Shown here piece by piece: positions 17,635-27,394 of a DNA stretch of 64,000 nucleotides (the first letter of the stretch is position 1; each line of letters starts with the position of its first letter). The DNA is taken from positions 35,508 through 99,507 of IMG/VR virus record IMGVR_UViG_3300001528_000699; one strand, 5' to 3'. Origin of the DNA: a virus. Lineage: Duplodnaviria; Caudoviricetes. The notes beneath the pieces were generated by a model. It saw only the letters and a program-made list of their open reading frames with translations, was not told where the DNA came from and made no database searches. The translations under genes and the position numbers were made by a program.

Positions 17635-18270
17635 ATGGAAGAAACAAGTACTCTCGTGAAGTTGATAGCTGATAACGGTATAACGGTCGTGCTAAGTGCT
17701 GTCACGATAATCATATTCTTGAACGTTTTCCGGAAAGCTACTAGAAACTGGGAGAGGATGGAAAAGAAGAATGATCACCTCATCGACTTGATAGTGGCGA
17801 AAGGAACTGCCGGTGATTACATGGAGAAACAGATCGAGATAAATAACAACATGCTTTCCATATTGAAAGAGATAAGGGAGGGTGCGACGAAAGAATGCAC
17901 GATAGAGCAAGTCAAAACAACCACTAACGCTCTTTTCGATCTCGCCAAGTTCACCATGTTCGAGGAGGTGAAACGGATAAAAAAGGAGAATCATCTAAAT
18001 AACGAGGCGGCTATCGAAACGAAAGTGAAAACGATCGTTCATCAAAGAATAAATGACAGGAAAAGCAAACTGTACAATTACAACTGGAAGGGAAAGCCTT
18101 TAAGCGAGTTTAACTCCGTTTCGAAGGATGATATAGTCGATATAATGATAGGGGAGCTCTACGCGCCTGACGATTTCTCGGAAGAGAGGGTGAAAAGGAA
18201 TATGGAGCTTTTCTATGATAACATGAAACTTGATTTGTTCAATGAAATTGTGGCGTATAATAATTTATAG
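17635..18270 (+). CDS. Single-TM protein, holin-like
   Basis: IADNGITVVLSAVTIIIFL N-terminal TM then helical soluble domain. Confidence 0.5.
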   Translation: MEETSTLVKLIADNGITVVLSAVTIIIFLNVFRKATRNWERMEKKNDHLIDLIVAKGTAGDYMEKQIEINNNMLSILKEIREGATKECTIEQVKTTTNALFDLAKFTMFEEVKRIKKENHLNNEAAIETKVKTIVHQRINDRKSKLYNYNWKGKPLSEFNSVSKDDIVDIMIGELYAPDDFSEERVKRNMELFYDNMKLDLFNEIVAYNNL

Positions 18271-18271
18271 T

Positions 18272-19999
18272 ATGAACTGGTTGAAAAAGATACTTGGAAT
18301 GACGGCGTGTAGCAAGGAGGAGAAGGTAGCCCGCTACATGGAATTGTTGAAAAGCATGGATGTTATCGAATCGGAAGCTGACGAGCTGGCCGATTCTTTC
18401 CGTTTAAACAAATCGATGGTTGATAACGTGAAGGGTTGTGACATGGAAGAGATGGATAAGAGATTGGAAAGATTTGATGAGTTCATGCTGTGTCATAAGA
18501 AGGATGTTCACGAGCTACTGAAGGCGAAGATGGAAGTGGAGGATGAGATGAAGAAATTGAAGGAAGACCCCTCTATCTCTAAAGATATCAATGACATCGA
18601 TACTTATTTTAAAGCCAAGAAAGAATACAAGGCACGGAAATCAACGTTGAAAGAATTTAACGGTTCGATCAGGAAAGCGAAAGAAGGTCCTGTCAAGTAC
18701 TCGGATGCCTTGGTGTTCGATTGTAACGGGAAATTGTTGATCCTTCACAGGATACAGGATGGCAAGCATTGCGAGGGAGGTGAATGGTGCATCCCCGGTG
18801 GTCACGTTGATCCGGGTGAGAACCATCGTGAAGCGGTAGAGAGGGAATTGAAAGAAGAAACCGGGTTGAAATTGAGAATGGAACCTGATCCGGCTGGATT
18901 CTATAACGACGATGAAGCGGATATTCATTATTACCGTGCCTTCACTGAAGAGAGTGAACCCTCTATCCTGGTTGATAGCACGGAGCATGATGGCGTGGAA
19001 TGGATAGATTTGAGAGATATAGACAAGTACGATTTCATATTCAACATGAAAGATAACCTTAAAAAATTACTCGGCATGGAAGAGAAAGAAGAGAAAGGAC
19101 CGGATACCATAGAGATACTCGCTAAAGCGTTAAAATCCGGTCAGATAACACCGGCTGTTTTCAGGGAAGCGGTCGAGAAAGCTAAAAATAAAACTTATTT
19201 CTCGGAGAAGGAACGTGGAAAACTCGCTAAAGAAGGCGAAGCGATGCCTAACGGGAAATATCCAATAAGAAACGCTCAAGATTTGAAGGATGCCATTAAA
19301 CTGGTTGGGGCGTCATCCATGCCGGAAGGTGAGGTAAAATCGTGGATCAAGAAAAGAGCGAAAGAGTTGAACCTTGAAAACGAGCTACCAGAAGATTGGA
19401 GGGATGTCGAGAAAGCGGTGGGAACGGAACAGGCGGAAACTATCGCGAGAGAATCGCTAGACGGTGAAATGAAGGATGATCGGGTTGAGAAATCGTCCTT
19501 CTCTATTCGCGTTGATTTCGATGACTTGGAGAAAGCCGATCTTTTCAAATCCATGGTGGAGAAATATAAATCGGAGGGTGATCTCGGTATAACGAGTGTT
19601 GACGTGATCGATATTGATGAAAACGAGGATAAAGAAATTTTCCGGGATTACCTGAACTTCATCGAGGGTGCTAAAACGAGAATCAAGAACCTGCACTGGA
19701 CGGAAGAGGATAACGCCAAGCACGTTTACCTAGATGAATTATCTGAAGAGGTGTCAAAATTCGAGGATAAGATAGCGGAAGCGGGTCAAGCGAATTTCGG
19801 TCGGTTCAAGGATGGTGAGATAGTGGGTGATGATATCCAAACGAGCGATCCTATCATGATCGTTGACCTTTTACTTGATATGACGAGCTCTTTCCGGTCC
19901 AAGTTGAATGAAAGACTCGTTTATAACGGTGAGATTTCATGGGTGGATGATTTCCTCGCCACTTTAAAGCAGATCAAATATCGTTTGCAATTACATTAA
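18272..19999 (+). CDS. Multidomain protein: coiled coil + Nudix hydrolase + DUF6582-like + Dps/ferritin-like (DUF5856-like)
   Basis: Nudix box GHVDPGENHREAVERELKEETGL; PNGKYPIRNAQDLKDAI...LPEDW; KNLHW...HVYLDE...EDKIAE. Confidence 0.8.
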   Translation: MNWLKKILGMTACSKEEKVARYMELLKSMDVIESEADELADSFRLNKSMVDNVKGCDMEEMDKRLERFDEFMLCHKKDVHELLKAKMEVEDEMKKLKEDPSISKDINDIDTYFKAKKEYKARKSTLKEFNGSIRKAKEGPVKYSDALVFDCNGKLLILHRIQDGKHCEGGEWCIPGGHVDPGENHREAVERELKEETGLKLRMEPDPAGFYNDDEADIHYYRAFTEESEPSILVDSTEHDGVEWIDLRDIDKYDFIFNMKDNLKKLLGMEEKEEKGPDTIEILAKALKSGQITPAVFREAVEKAKNKTYFSEKERGKLAKEGEAMPNGKYPIRNAQDLKDAIKLVGASSMPEGEVKSWIKKRAKELNLENELPEDWRDVEKAVGTEQAETIARESLDGEMKDDRVEKSSFSIRVDFDDLEKADLFKSMVEKYKSEGDLGITSVDVIDIDENEDKEIFRDYLNFIEGAKTRIKNLHWTEEDNAKHVYLDELSEEVSKFEDKIAEAGQANFGRFKDGEIVGDDIQTSDPIMIVDLLLDMTSSFRSKLNERLVYNGEISWVDDFLATLKQIKYRLQLH

Positions 20000-20004
20000 A
20001 AATA

Positions 20005-20025
20005 ACGGGTCTTAACAGGACCCGT
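20005..20025 (+). terminator. Intergenic hairpin
   Basis: ACGGGTCTT-AAC-AGGACCCGT; weak T-tail. Confidence 0.4.
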
Positions 20026-20042
20026 CCTTATATTTCATAACC

Positions 20043-22193
20043 ATGTTGAGTGAATTATTTAACGATATAAAGAAATCGAAGAACGTCGCCTCTATCGGTG
20101 AGAAGCGGAAGTGGGGAGATAGGTGGTACATGAAGACCCCTCGCGGATGGGTGCTCACCAATGAAGAAGTGAATAAATTAACCGAGGAAGCTTTTCGTGC
20201 TAGAGAGGAGGAACTTGAAAGGAGAATAAATGAAGATCCCGAATTCCGTGCCCGCTATCAGAAAGAGCACGGTGAGGGATACACACCTTTCGTTCATTTA
20301 AAAGGAAATATCTCGGTAAAAGAAGTCGCTGGCATTCGGTTAAGAAATAGCGGTATTGACACGAAAGCTAAGAACTTGATGGCGCTTTTTCTACCGAAGG
20401 CCGGGCAATGGGTTATCCCGATGCTGGGAGTGAACATTCCTCTAACCGATAAGATGAGGGAAGTGATCAGGGAACGGGGAAGATGCGAGCTGTATTTCAG
20501 GAAAACGAAGAACGCGGCACCCGTTCGTGTGATGGTTGAAATGGATGAACGTGGTCGTTTTAAATTCACGGAAGCCACGAAAAGAGAAGGGAAAGTAGAT
20601 GAATGGAAACTGTCTGTTGGTTCGGCTCTTGATCATGGATTATCCGGTCCTCATTTTTACAGTATCGACCTTGTCATGCCTTTCAAAGATGATATAGAGA
20701 AAGCGAAAGGTGCCGCTATCGGAGAGGAAAGGGAGTGGGGTGGAAAGGTTTACGTTAAAACTGTAAAAGGGTGGAGACCTAAAGGAAAAGGCGCGAAATC
20801 ATCAGAGGATGATGAGGTCAAAACAGATCAATCTTCCAAAAATGAAATTCAGGGCGGCGATAAAAAAGCGATTCTTGAAGGGTACGCGTCTCAAGCGACT
20901 GACAAGCAACTTGAAACCGCCATGAATAAACCCGGTCAATCGGAAGAGGTGAGAAATATCGCCAAGCAAGAACTTGAAAATCGAGGGAAGGAAGTGAAGG
21001 AAGTTGAGGATGAAATTTCTTCGGCTTTAAATAAGCTGTTACAAAGCGATGAATTTGATGATGAATTTAAGAGGTTGCTTCAATCAAAACTCGATGAGAG
21101 AACAGCTAAAAAACAGGAAAAAGAGAGTGAATCGGGAGAGAAGAAAGAGTTTGAATCATTCAAGAAGGAAGTAACTGAAAGGTTGGATAAACTTGAACAA
21201 GAAAATTCAGGTCACAAGCAGATAAAGAAAACGGGAATCATCGTTGACGGAAAGAAAATTTTTATCACGATGGATGGCGATCGTTATCAAGCGAAGAAAG
21301 GTGGTGAGACCTTGAAATCAGAACCGAATGAATCTCTGTCTAGTTTCAAGGATAAGGTGAGGGAAAAGTGGGGTGAAAAACAGGGGGAAGAAAAGGGCGA
21401 GCTAGAAAGAGATAAATTACCTGAAACACCCGAAATTGATATTCCGTTAGAAAGGATTAAAAAGGCAATAAGTGAGGGTGATTATAAAAACAATTGGTTT
21501 TATAAAATGGTAATGGAAGATTCCGATGAAGCTCTCAGTTTCAGGAATGATAGAGAATTTCAACTTCTTTCAAACGCGGCGTTGCTTGAAAAAGGATTAC
21601 GCCCTGTAATGGCACCCTTTGCGTTCACGGAATATGGTGGTGTGCAGTATAAGAGTTATGATCAGTATTTCATGGATTCGAACGATTCATTGAATATTTA
21701 TAAGAAGAAATTCAGGCCTTCAAGATCGATTTACACCAAGGCGGAAAAGGATGCGATGGAGGATTATAGTGGTGCGTATTTTGAATCCGTTCGAAGTTTT
21801 AATATTGATGGAACAGTGCCGTCATATCATGAAAAAGAGAAGGATGCGATTCGCCATACATCCGAATTAATTAAATCTTTTATAGATAGGAATCGATTGA
21901 AAGAGAATGTTATTCTGAGTCGTCGCTTAAATTTTAAGGAGGGTGAAGAAAATCCATTTTTAAATCTTAAACCGGGTGATACATTTACCGACCCTTCATT
22001 CGGTTCATATTCACTCCGTCAATTATCAAGTTTTGGTCATTTTCAAATAACGTTACTCGCGAAGAAAGGTCAAGCTATATCAGCGATAAAATCAAATTGG
22101 CTGGGAGAACAAGAACTTCTTGCCCAAAAAGGATTGAAGTTTAAGGTTCTTGAAACCGGATATAAATCTATTGCGGTTGAGATAGTTGATTAA
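20043..22193 (+). CDS. Putative internal head protein with two GExRxW modules and C-terminal ADP-ribosyltransferase (VIP2/Alt-like)
   Basis: R-S-E signature: ILSRR, FGSYSL, GEQELL; GEKRKW and GEEREWGG modules. Confidence 0.85.
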   Translation: MLSELFNDIKKSKNVASIGEKRKWGDRWYMKTPRGWVLTNEEVNKLTEEAFRAREEELERRINEDPEFRARYQKEHGEGYTPFVHLKGNISVKEVAGIRLRNSGIDTKAKNLMALFLPKAGQWVIPMLGVNIPLTDKMREVIRERGRCELYFRKTKNAAPVRVMVEMDERGRFKFTEATKREGKVDEWKLSVGSALDHGLSGPHFYSIDLVMPFKDDIEKAKGAAIGEEREWGGKVYVKTVKGWRPKGKGAKSSEDDEVKTDQSSKNEIQGGDKKAILEGYASQATDKQLETAMNKPGQSEEVRNIAKQELENRGKEVKEVEDEISSALNKLLQSDEFDDEFKRLLQSKLDERTAKKQEKESESGEKKEFESFKKEVTERLDKLEQENSGHKQIKKTGIIVDGKKIFITMDGDRYQAKKGGETLKSEPNESLSSFKDKVREKWGEKQGEEKGELERDKLPETPEIDIPLERIKKAISEGDYKNNWFYKMVMEDSDEALSFRNDREFQLLSNAALLEKGLRPVMAPFAFTEYGGVQYKSYDQYFMDSNDSLNIYKKKFRPSRSIYTKAEKDAMEDYSGAYFESVRSFNIDGTVPSYHEKEKDAIRHTSELIKSFIDRNRLKENVILSRRLNFKEGEENPFLNLKPGDTFTDPSFGSYSLRQLSSFGHFQITLLAKKGQAISAIKSNWLGEQELLAQKGLKFKVLETGYKSIAVEIVD

Positions 22194-22217
22194 TAGCGGG
22201 ATTATTTATATTTTTAT

Positions 22218-22394
22218 ATGATGGAAGAGAATAACTTAATTAGAACGGTAAAAGAAGTGGATATCACCGGCATTAAATTTAATTATAACAGCGGTAAATC
22301 TAATCATGATAATTCTATCCTGATCAATGCTATTAAAAAGATCGGTGATGGTATTGAAGAATTGGAACGGGATAAAACCGGTAAAGAAAGTTAG
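22218..22394 (+). CDS. 58-aa hypothetical protein downstream of ART (not in ORF track)
   Basis: MMEENNLIRTVKEVDITGIKF...KTGKES*; fills the intergenic gap. Confidence 0.55.
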   Translation: MMEENNLIRTVKEVDITGIKFNYNSGKSNHDNSILINAIKKIGDGIEELERDKTGKES

Positions 22395-22411
22395 AATATA
22401 ACTATTTTTAC

Positions 22412-24238
22412 ATGCAGATTTTCACTTACAAGAAAAGAGATTTCAGTAATTTAAACATACACGCCACACGGATAGATAACCAGGGGTTATTCTTTTTGAG
22501 CGATATTCAAAGCCAAACCACGCAGCATTGGGTGCTGATGGGTTTTGATTGGACGCTCGGTTATAGGACATACCCCGAGATGATCGATCTGGCGAGAAAA
22601 CTTAAAGCCATTCTTTGCATATTCGAGAACGGGAAGCTGGTTGAATGTTTCGATTTCGAGGAGGATCTTGTTCTGACCTATGAACAAGAGATAGCGGTTA
22701 ATGATCCGCTTGAAAACGCACCTGTTTGGAATGAAGGTGTTGGTGGAGTTATCGAGGCACCGGAAGCCGTGGTGATAGACGAGGAAATCGTGTTACGATT
22801 CATCCCTTTACCCGGATTCACATTCAAAGGGTGGTACGACGAGAACAATGTATTGATATCAACTAATCAAGATCATAAATTCACGGTTAAGAAATCCGAG
22901 ACGATAACCGCTAGATCTCAGAAAAGATGGTACAACGTCTCTTGCGAGTTTGATAACGATATGGGTCTTGTTAACGGTCTTGGTAGGTATGTTTACGGGA
23001 CGGAGGTAACGTTGACGGCTATCGGAAAGATGGGTTACAAATTCAAAGTGTGGTCTGACGGTTACACGGAGGCGGTTAGAAAAGTAACGGTAACCGAAAA
23101 TATCAATTTGGAAGTCGAGTTCGAGGTGAATGACGTGGTGGTTAACGCGAAAGTTTACCCGGTTGGAGCGGGTTCGATCACTAACGTGAATAACATAACG
23201 CAGGAAGGTCAAACGGCTGACTTCCTGGCCACGCCAACCGATGATTACCTGTTTGACGAGTTCACCTACGCGACGGAGGAAGATCCAACAGGAGAGGAAG
23301 CGTTATCATCCAAGACGAACCCTGTCAAGATAAAACTTCTAGCTGGAAGAAATATAACGGCGAGATTCAAGTTACCGGTGGTTGACGTGAATATGATCGC
23401 TAAAACGGGGTATAATGAGGCTGATCCGCAAGTTGCGACAACCTTTTCTGAAGGAACAACCGGTGGAACGATCTCTAATCAAGGCGGTTTGCTAACACCC
23501 GGAACATCATTTCAAAGTACCGCCACGCCAGCCGAAGGGTACGAGTTCGTTGGTTGGTACAACCTTCTATCAGGTGGAACGCTATTATCAGCAAACGCCA
23601 CTTACACGAATAATGTCGGTAATTCTGACACGACGATATACGCTCGTTTCCAGAAGAAGTGGTACACTATAACGGCAACGAAAGGCGATTACATAGAATC
23701 AGTCGAGGTTGGACCTAGCTTGCCTCCAACGCAAGAAGGTAACGGTACCATGAGAATAGCTCACGGAGAAGGAGTGATTCTGTCTTGCACTTTATTACCC
23801 GATACAACCGATTACACGTACGATTTTGATGGATGGTACGATAACGGGGTTAAAGTACAGAATGAAGGAACCACGGCGGCGATAGATCCCGTAACCAAGA
23901 ATATAAACTGGACCGCCAAGGGAAAGAGAACGGCAACGCCAGATTATTCGCTGACCGCTAAGGCCGTTTTCAAGGCTATCGGTTCAGATACCTACGTTGA
24001 ATCAACAGAGGGTGGGACTGTTACCCCGACATCAGGTTCATACAAGAGCGGTGCGAGAGTGACGTTAACATCCGAGGTTGCGGCTGACACCGAAACGGCG
24101 GAATATCTGTTTGACGGTTATTTCACGGGGATGAATGACGGAAATAATTTATCGTACAGCAAAACGTACGGCGTAACGATAAGCGGTAACACGACCGTTT
24201 ACGCTAGATTCAGCGCGTCTGAGAAGAGCGGTAGTTAG
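22412..24238 (+). CDS. Putative capsid decoration protein with tandem divergent InlB B-repeat (Flg_new-like) domains
   Basis: Repeated GY.F.GW / Y.FDGW and 'ARF' ends; N-domain shared with 11192 gene. Confidence 0.75.
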   Translation: MQIFTYKKRDFSNLNIHATRIDNQGLFFLSDIQSQTTQHWVLMGFDWTLGYRTYPEMIDLARKLKAILCIFENGKLVECFDFEEDLVLTYEQEIAVNDPLENAPVWNEGVGGVIEAPEAVVIDEEIVLRFIPLPGFTFKGWYDENNVLISTNQDHKFTVKKSETITARSQKRWYNVSCEFDNDMGLVNGLGRYVYGTEVTLTAIGKMGYKFKVWSDGYTEAVRKVTVTENINLEVEFEVNDVVVNAKVYPVGAGSITNVNNITQEGQTADFLATPTDDYLFDEFTYATEEDPTGEEALSSKTNPVKIKLLAGRNITARFKLPVVDVNMIAKTGYNEADPQVATTFSEGTTGGTISNQGGLLTPGTSFQSTATPAEGYEFVGWYNLLSGGTLLSANATYTNNVGNSDTTIYARFQKKWYTITATKGDYIESVEVGPSLPPTQEGNGTMRIAHGEGVILSCTLLPDTTDYTYDFDGWYDNGVKVQNEGTTAAIDPVTKNINWTAKGKRTATPDYSLTAKAVFKAIGSDTYVESTEGGTVTPTSGSYKSGARVTLTSEVAADTETAEYLFDGYFTGMNDGNNLSYSKTYGVTISGNTTVYARFSASEKSGS

Positions 24239-24254
24239 ATGAAAATGAAAGAAA

Positions 24255-25043
24255 ATGATAGAGAATAGATTTAATTTTTGGGTCCCGATTGATATAGAGA
24301 AAGCGAGATCCGACAAGGAAAAAGAAGATGATTCCCGCTACGATAACATGGTGTTCGAGGGCGTGGCGAGTGATGATAGCGAGGATGATGAAGGGGAATC
24401 GATGAATCCAAGCGGGTTCGTGCTGGATAGATTCCTGAAAAGCGGTTTATTGAACCTTGACCACCTAACCTCGAGAGCGAAAGAGAATAAGTCTCGGTTT
24501 TGGATAGGTGAGCCGATTGACGCTTACGTGAAGGATAATAAATTCTTCGTGAAAGGAAAATTGTGGAAGAAATCGCCAGAAGCGAGGGCGTTCTGGGATA
24601 AGTGTATCCAGATGTCGGAGTCCGGTTCATCCCGTAAACCGGGAATGTCGATAGAAGGGAAAGTGATAGAGAGAGATAAAATGAACCCAAGAAAGGTAAA
24701 CAAGGCATTGATCACGAACGTGGCTTTAACCTTTCAACCGGTGAACACGAACTCTTTCTTCGATATCGTGAAAGGTCGTCAATCAAAAGATTTCATCGAT
24801 TACGAGTTTGAAAGCGACAAGGATTTTGATGAAAATGACAAGGTGATACTTGAATGGGAAGACGAGAGAGGCAACCTCCTGATGCTTGATTCAAAATTCA
24901 AGATCAAGGTGAAGAAAAAGCCAGAGTACAAGGTGGAAACGATCGAAAAGATGGCGAAAAGTTTCTCGGAAGGATCCGTTTCAGAGAGGGTTTATATCGA
25001 TTTCATCAAAAAGATAGAGAAAAATTTCCGTTTATCAAATTAA
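24255..25043 (+). CDS. Prohead maturation protease
   Basis: FEGVAS..SEDDEGE, NLDH, GMSIEG, NVALTFQPVN. Confidence 0.9.
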   Translation: MIENRFNFWVPIDIEKARSDKEKEDDSRYDNMVFEGVASDDSEDDEGESMNPSGFVLDRFLKSGLLNLDHLTSRAKENKSRFWIGEPIDAYVKDNKFFVKGKLWKKSPEARAFWDKCIQMSESGSSRKPGMSIEGKVIERDKMNPRKVNKALITNVALTFQPVNTNSFFDIVKGRQSKDFIDYEFESDKDFDENDKVILEWEDERGNLLMLDSKFKIKVKKKPEYKVETIEKMAKSFSEGSVSERVYIDFIKKIEKNFRLSN

Positions 25044-25095
25044 TTGATTATTTTTATCACAAAATGTATAAGTTAGAAACTAAATACTTTAAGAA

Positions 25096-25839
25096 ATGAA
25101 ACCTATTACGAGTGAAATAGTGCAGGAACTGCAAAAAAGGGGGATTTCTTTGGATCAATACTGTGGCGACGAGGTCGTGAAAGCGTTGTTGGACGCTGAG
25201 TTCGATCACGATTATATTTTGAAGAGTATCGATAACGGAGACATCACCACTTTCGCTAAATCAAAGTACACTGAGAAAGAAGAAATCGAGTACGATGAGA
25301 ATAAAGCGGGAGAGCACGAAAGACGTGATTTCGAGGAAGGAAAAGAAGAAGGCGAGAAAGAGGAAAAAGAAGAAATCGAAAAGAAGAAAAAAGATAAGAA
25401 GGATGTTGAGAAATCGGAAGAAGATAAAGGTGAAGAGATGAAGAAATCCATCGAGAGTGACCTTTATAAATCTCAACGTGAATTTTTCGAAGAGGTTAAC
25501 GCTTCCTTGAGCGAGATGAAGGATTTGATGAAATCCATGGGAGAGGAGCTTGAAACCTTGAGAAATCAACCGATGCCTTTCCGTTCTGTCGATAAAGGTG
25601 CCGTTTTGGAGAAATCTTTCGGTGTTAAAACAACCGACGAAGGAAAGAAAATTTTATCCAAATCCGCTCATCGTGAACCGTTAAAACGGGTTATGACCGA
25701 GTGCTTCGAGAAAGAGGAAGATAACGAGATGAAGAAATCTCTCGCTAATGATATCATGTCTTACTCTACCGGTACCATGTCACTTTCACAAGCGACCATC
25801 GATTACCTGAGTAAGAAAGGAATTGAAGTAGTTGAATAA
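25096..25839 (+). CDS. Capsid scaffolding protein
   Basis: Highly charged, between protease and capsid, ten hydrophobic-x-K-[S/A] sites. Confidence 0.75.
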   Translation: MKPITSEIVQELQKRGISLDQYCGDEVVKALLDAEFDHDYILKSIDNGDITTFAKSKYTEKEEIEYDENKAGEHERRDFEEGKEEGEKEEKEEIEKKKKDKKDVEKSEEDKGEEMKKSIESDLYKSQREFFEEVNASLSEMKDLMKSMGEELETLRNQPMPFRSVDKGAVLEKSFGVKTTDEGKKILSKSAHREPLKRVMTECFEKEEDNEMKKSLANDIMSYSTGTMSLSQATIDYLSKKGIEVVE

Positions 25840-25870
25840 TTTAATTGAATCAGAATAAAATATAGCAAAT

Positions 25871-27394
25871 ATGGTTGGAGAACAATTTGATTTTAATGGA
25901 GTAACTCCGGGAATCGACCGGGGAGAGTTCTTATCCGCCGATATTCTGAAGGCCATGGAAGCCGGGTTACAAACCGGTATGCAATACGCTAACACCTTGA
26001 ATAACGGTGGCGGCTTGAAAGTGGAGTCTTTGGATGGCGTCATCAAGGTGTTGGAATACACTGAGAAACAATTGGTGTTGTGGAAAAACATCGGTAAAAA
26101 GAAAATTTACAACACCGTTCATCAATACAACCAGTTAGTGAAATACGGTAACAATATCGGGATCGCTAACTTGGAAGGTGAAACACCTCAATTCACCGAT
26201 TCTCAATACAGACGGAAACCGATCATCACCAAGTTCTTGGGAGTTAGCGGTCAGGTAACGCATCCCGCAACCTTGGTTCGTATCGCCGCTGAAGGGGATT
26301 CAATGTACGAATTAGAGGTTCGTAATAAAACCTTGTTATTGTTACAAAACCTGAACGTTGCCCTGTCTAACTTCGATAGTAGCTGTATCGACGAGGAGTT
26401 TTCCGGTATCTGGCAGCAACACGTTGAGGGTATCCTCGATATTTACGGAGGTATGTCAGGAAAAACTTCCGAGGCGATCCTTGACACCTATTATAACGAT
26501 CCGGCTGTTGTTAACGCTGATGGTAATATCTTGAGCGACTTCAGCTTGCAAGAAGCAACGAACACCATCGTTAACTTGCGTTACGGTTTCGCTGACAAGA
26601 TCATCGCCAATCCGATCGTTTTCACTGACTACGTGAACGCTCATACAGCTAACAAGGTGTTGAATGTGAACGGTGTATCTGGAAGTATGATGAATGCTCG
26701 TGCCGGGTTACAAGTAACCAGCGTTGCAACTCAGTTCGGTGACATCGATTTCATGGCCGACCCGTTCTTCGATAGCAAACCGGCTCGTTTGGCAACTTCA
26801 CCAGCTACTAACGACAAAGCCCCGGCCGCCCCGGTTAAAGATAACACAGCCGCAGTTGCGGTGGTAAACAACGATACGAAGACCAATTTCACGAACCACG
26901 AAGGATCTTACCTGTACGCTGTTGCCGCCAAGAATCGCTATGGAGAAAGTGCGTTGACTAAATTGAACGACGTTGCTCAAGCAGTGACAAAAACTCAATC
27001 CGTTGATTTGAAATTCACCGCGGCCGTTGATTCAGTTTACCCGACTCAAGCATTCGTGATCTACCGTACGGAAGTTAACCCGGCAAACGCCGCAACCGCT
27101 AATTACTACCCGATTTTCCAAATCCCGGTATCTCAGTTAGCTTCAGGTTACGACGGTGCTGCCGCTAACGCTGTTCGTGATAGAAACCGTTCTATCGCAG
27201 GAACTCACTCGGCTTTGGTATTCAAGATGGATGATTCCTTGATCCAATACTTGCAATTGGCTGACACGATGAAGATGGAGTACGCTATCACTTCACCGAG
27301 TAGACGCTTCTCTATCTTGAATTACGGTACGCCGGTACTGTACGCTCCTGGTAAGTTTGTGAGAATTTGCAACATTGGACGTAAAGCGGAATAA
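25871..27394 (+). CDS. Major capsid protein
   Basis: LKAMEAG, GGGLKVESLD, TVHQYNQ, YAVAAKNRYGESA; Herelleviridae-like; strong terminator downstream. Confidence 0.92.
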   Translation: MVGEQFDFNGVTPGIDRGEFLSADILKAMEAGLQTGMQYANTLNNGGGLKVESLDGVIKVLEYTEKQLVLWKNIGKKKIYNTVHQYNQLVKYGNNIGIANLEGETPQFTDSQYRRKPIITKFLGVSGQVTHPATLVRIAAEGDSMYELEVRNKTLLLLQNLNVALSNFDSSCIDEEFSGIWQQHVEGILDIYGGMSGKTSEAILDTYYNDPAVVNADGNILSDFSLQEATNTIVNLRYGFADKIIANPIVFTDYVNAHTANKVLNVNGVSGSMMNARAGLQVTSVATQFGDIDFMADPFFDSKPARLATSPATNDKAPAAPVKDNTAAVAVVNNDTKTNFTNHEGSYLYAVAAKNRYGESALTKLNDVAQAVTKTQSVDLKFTAAVDSVYPTQAFVIYRTEVNPANAATANYYPIFQIPVSQLASGYDGAAANAVRDRNRSIAGTHSALVFKMDDSLIQYLQLADTMKMEYAITSPSRRFSILNYGTPVLYAPGKFVRICNIGRKAE

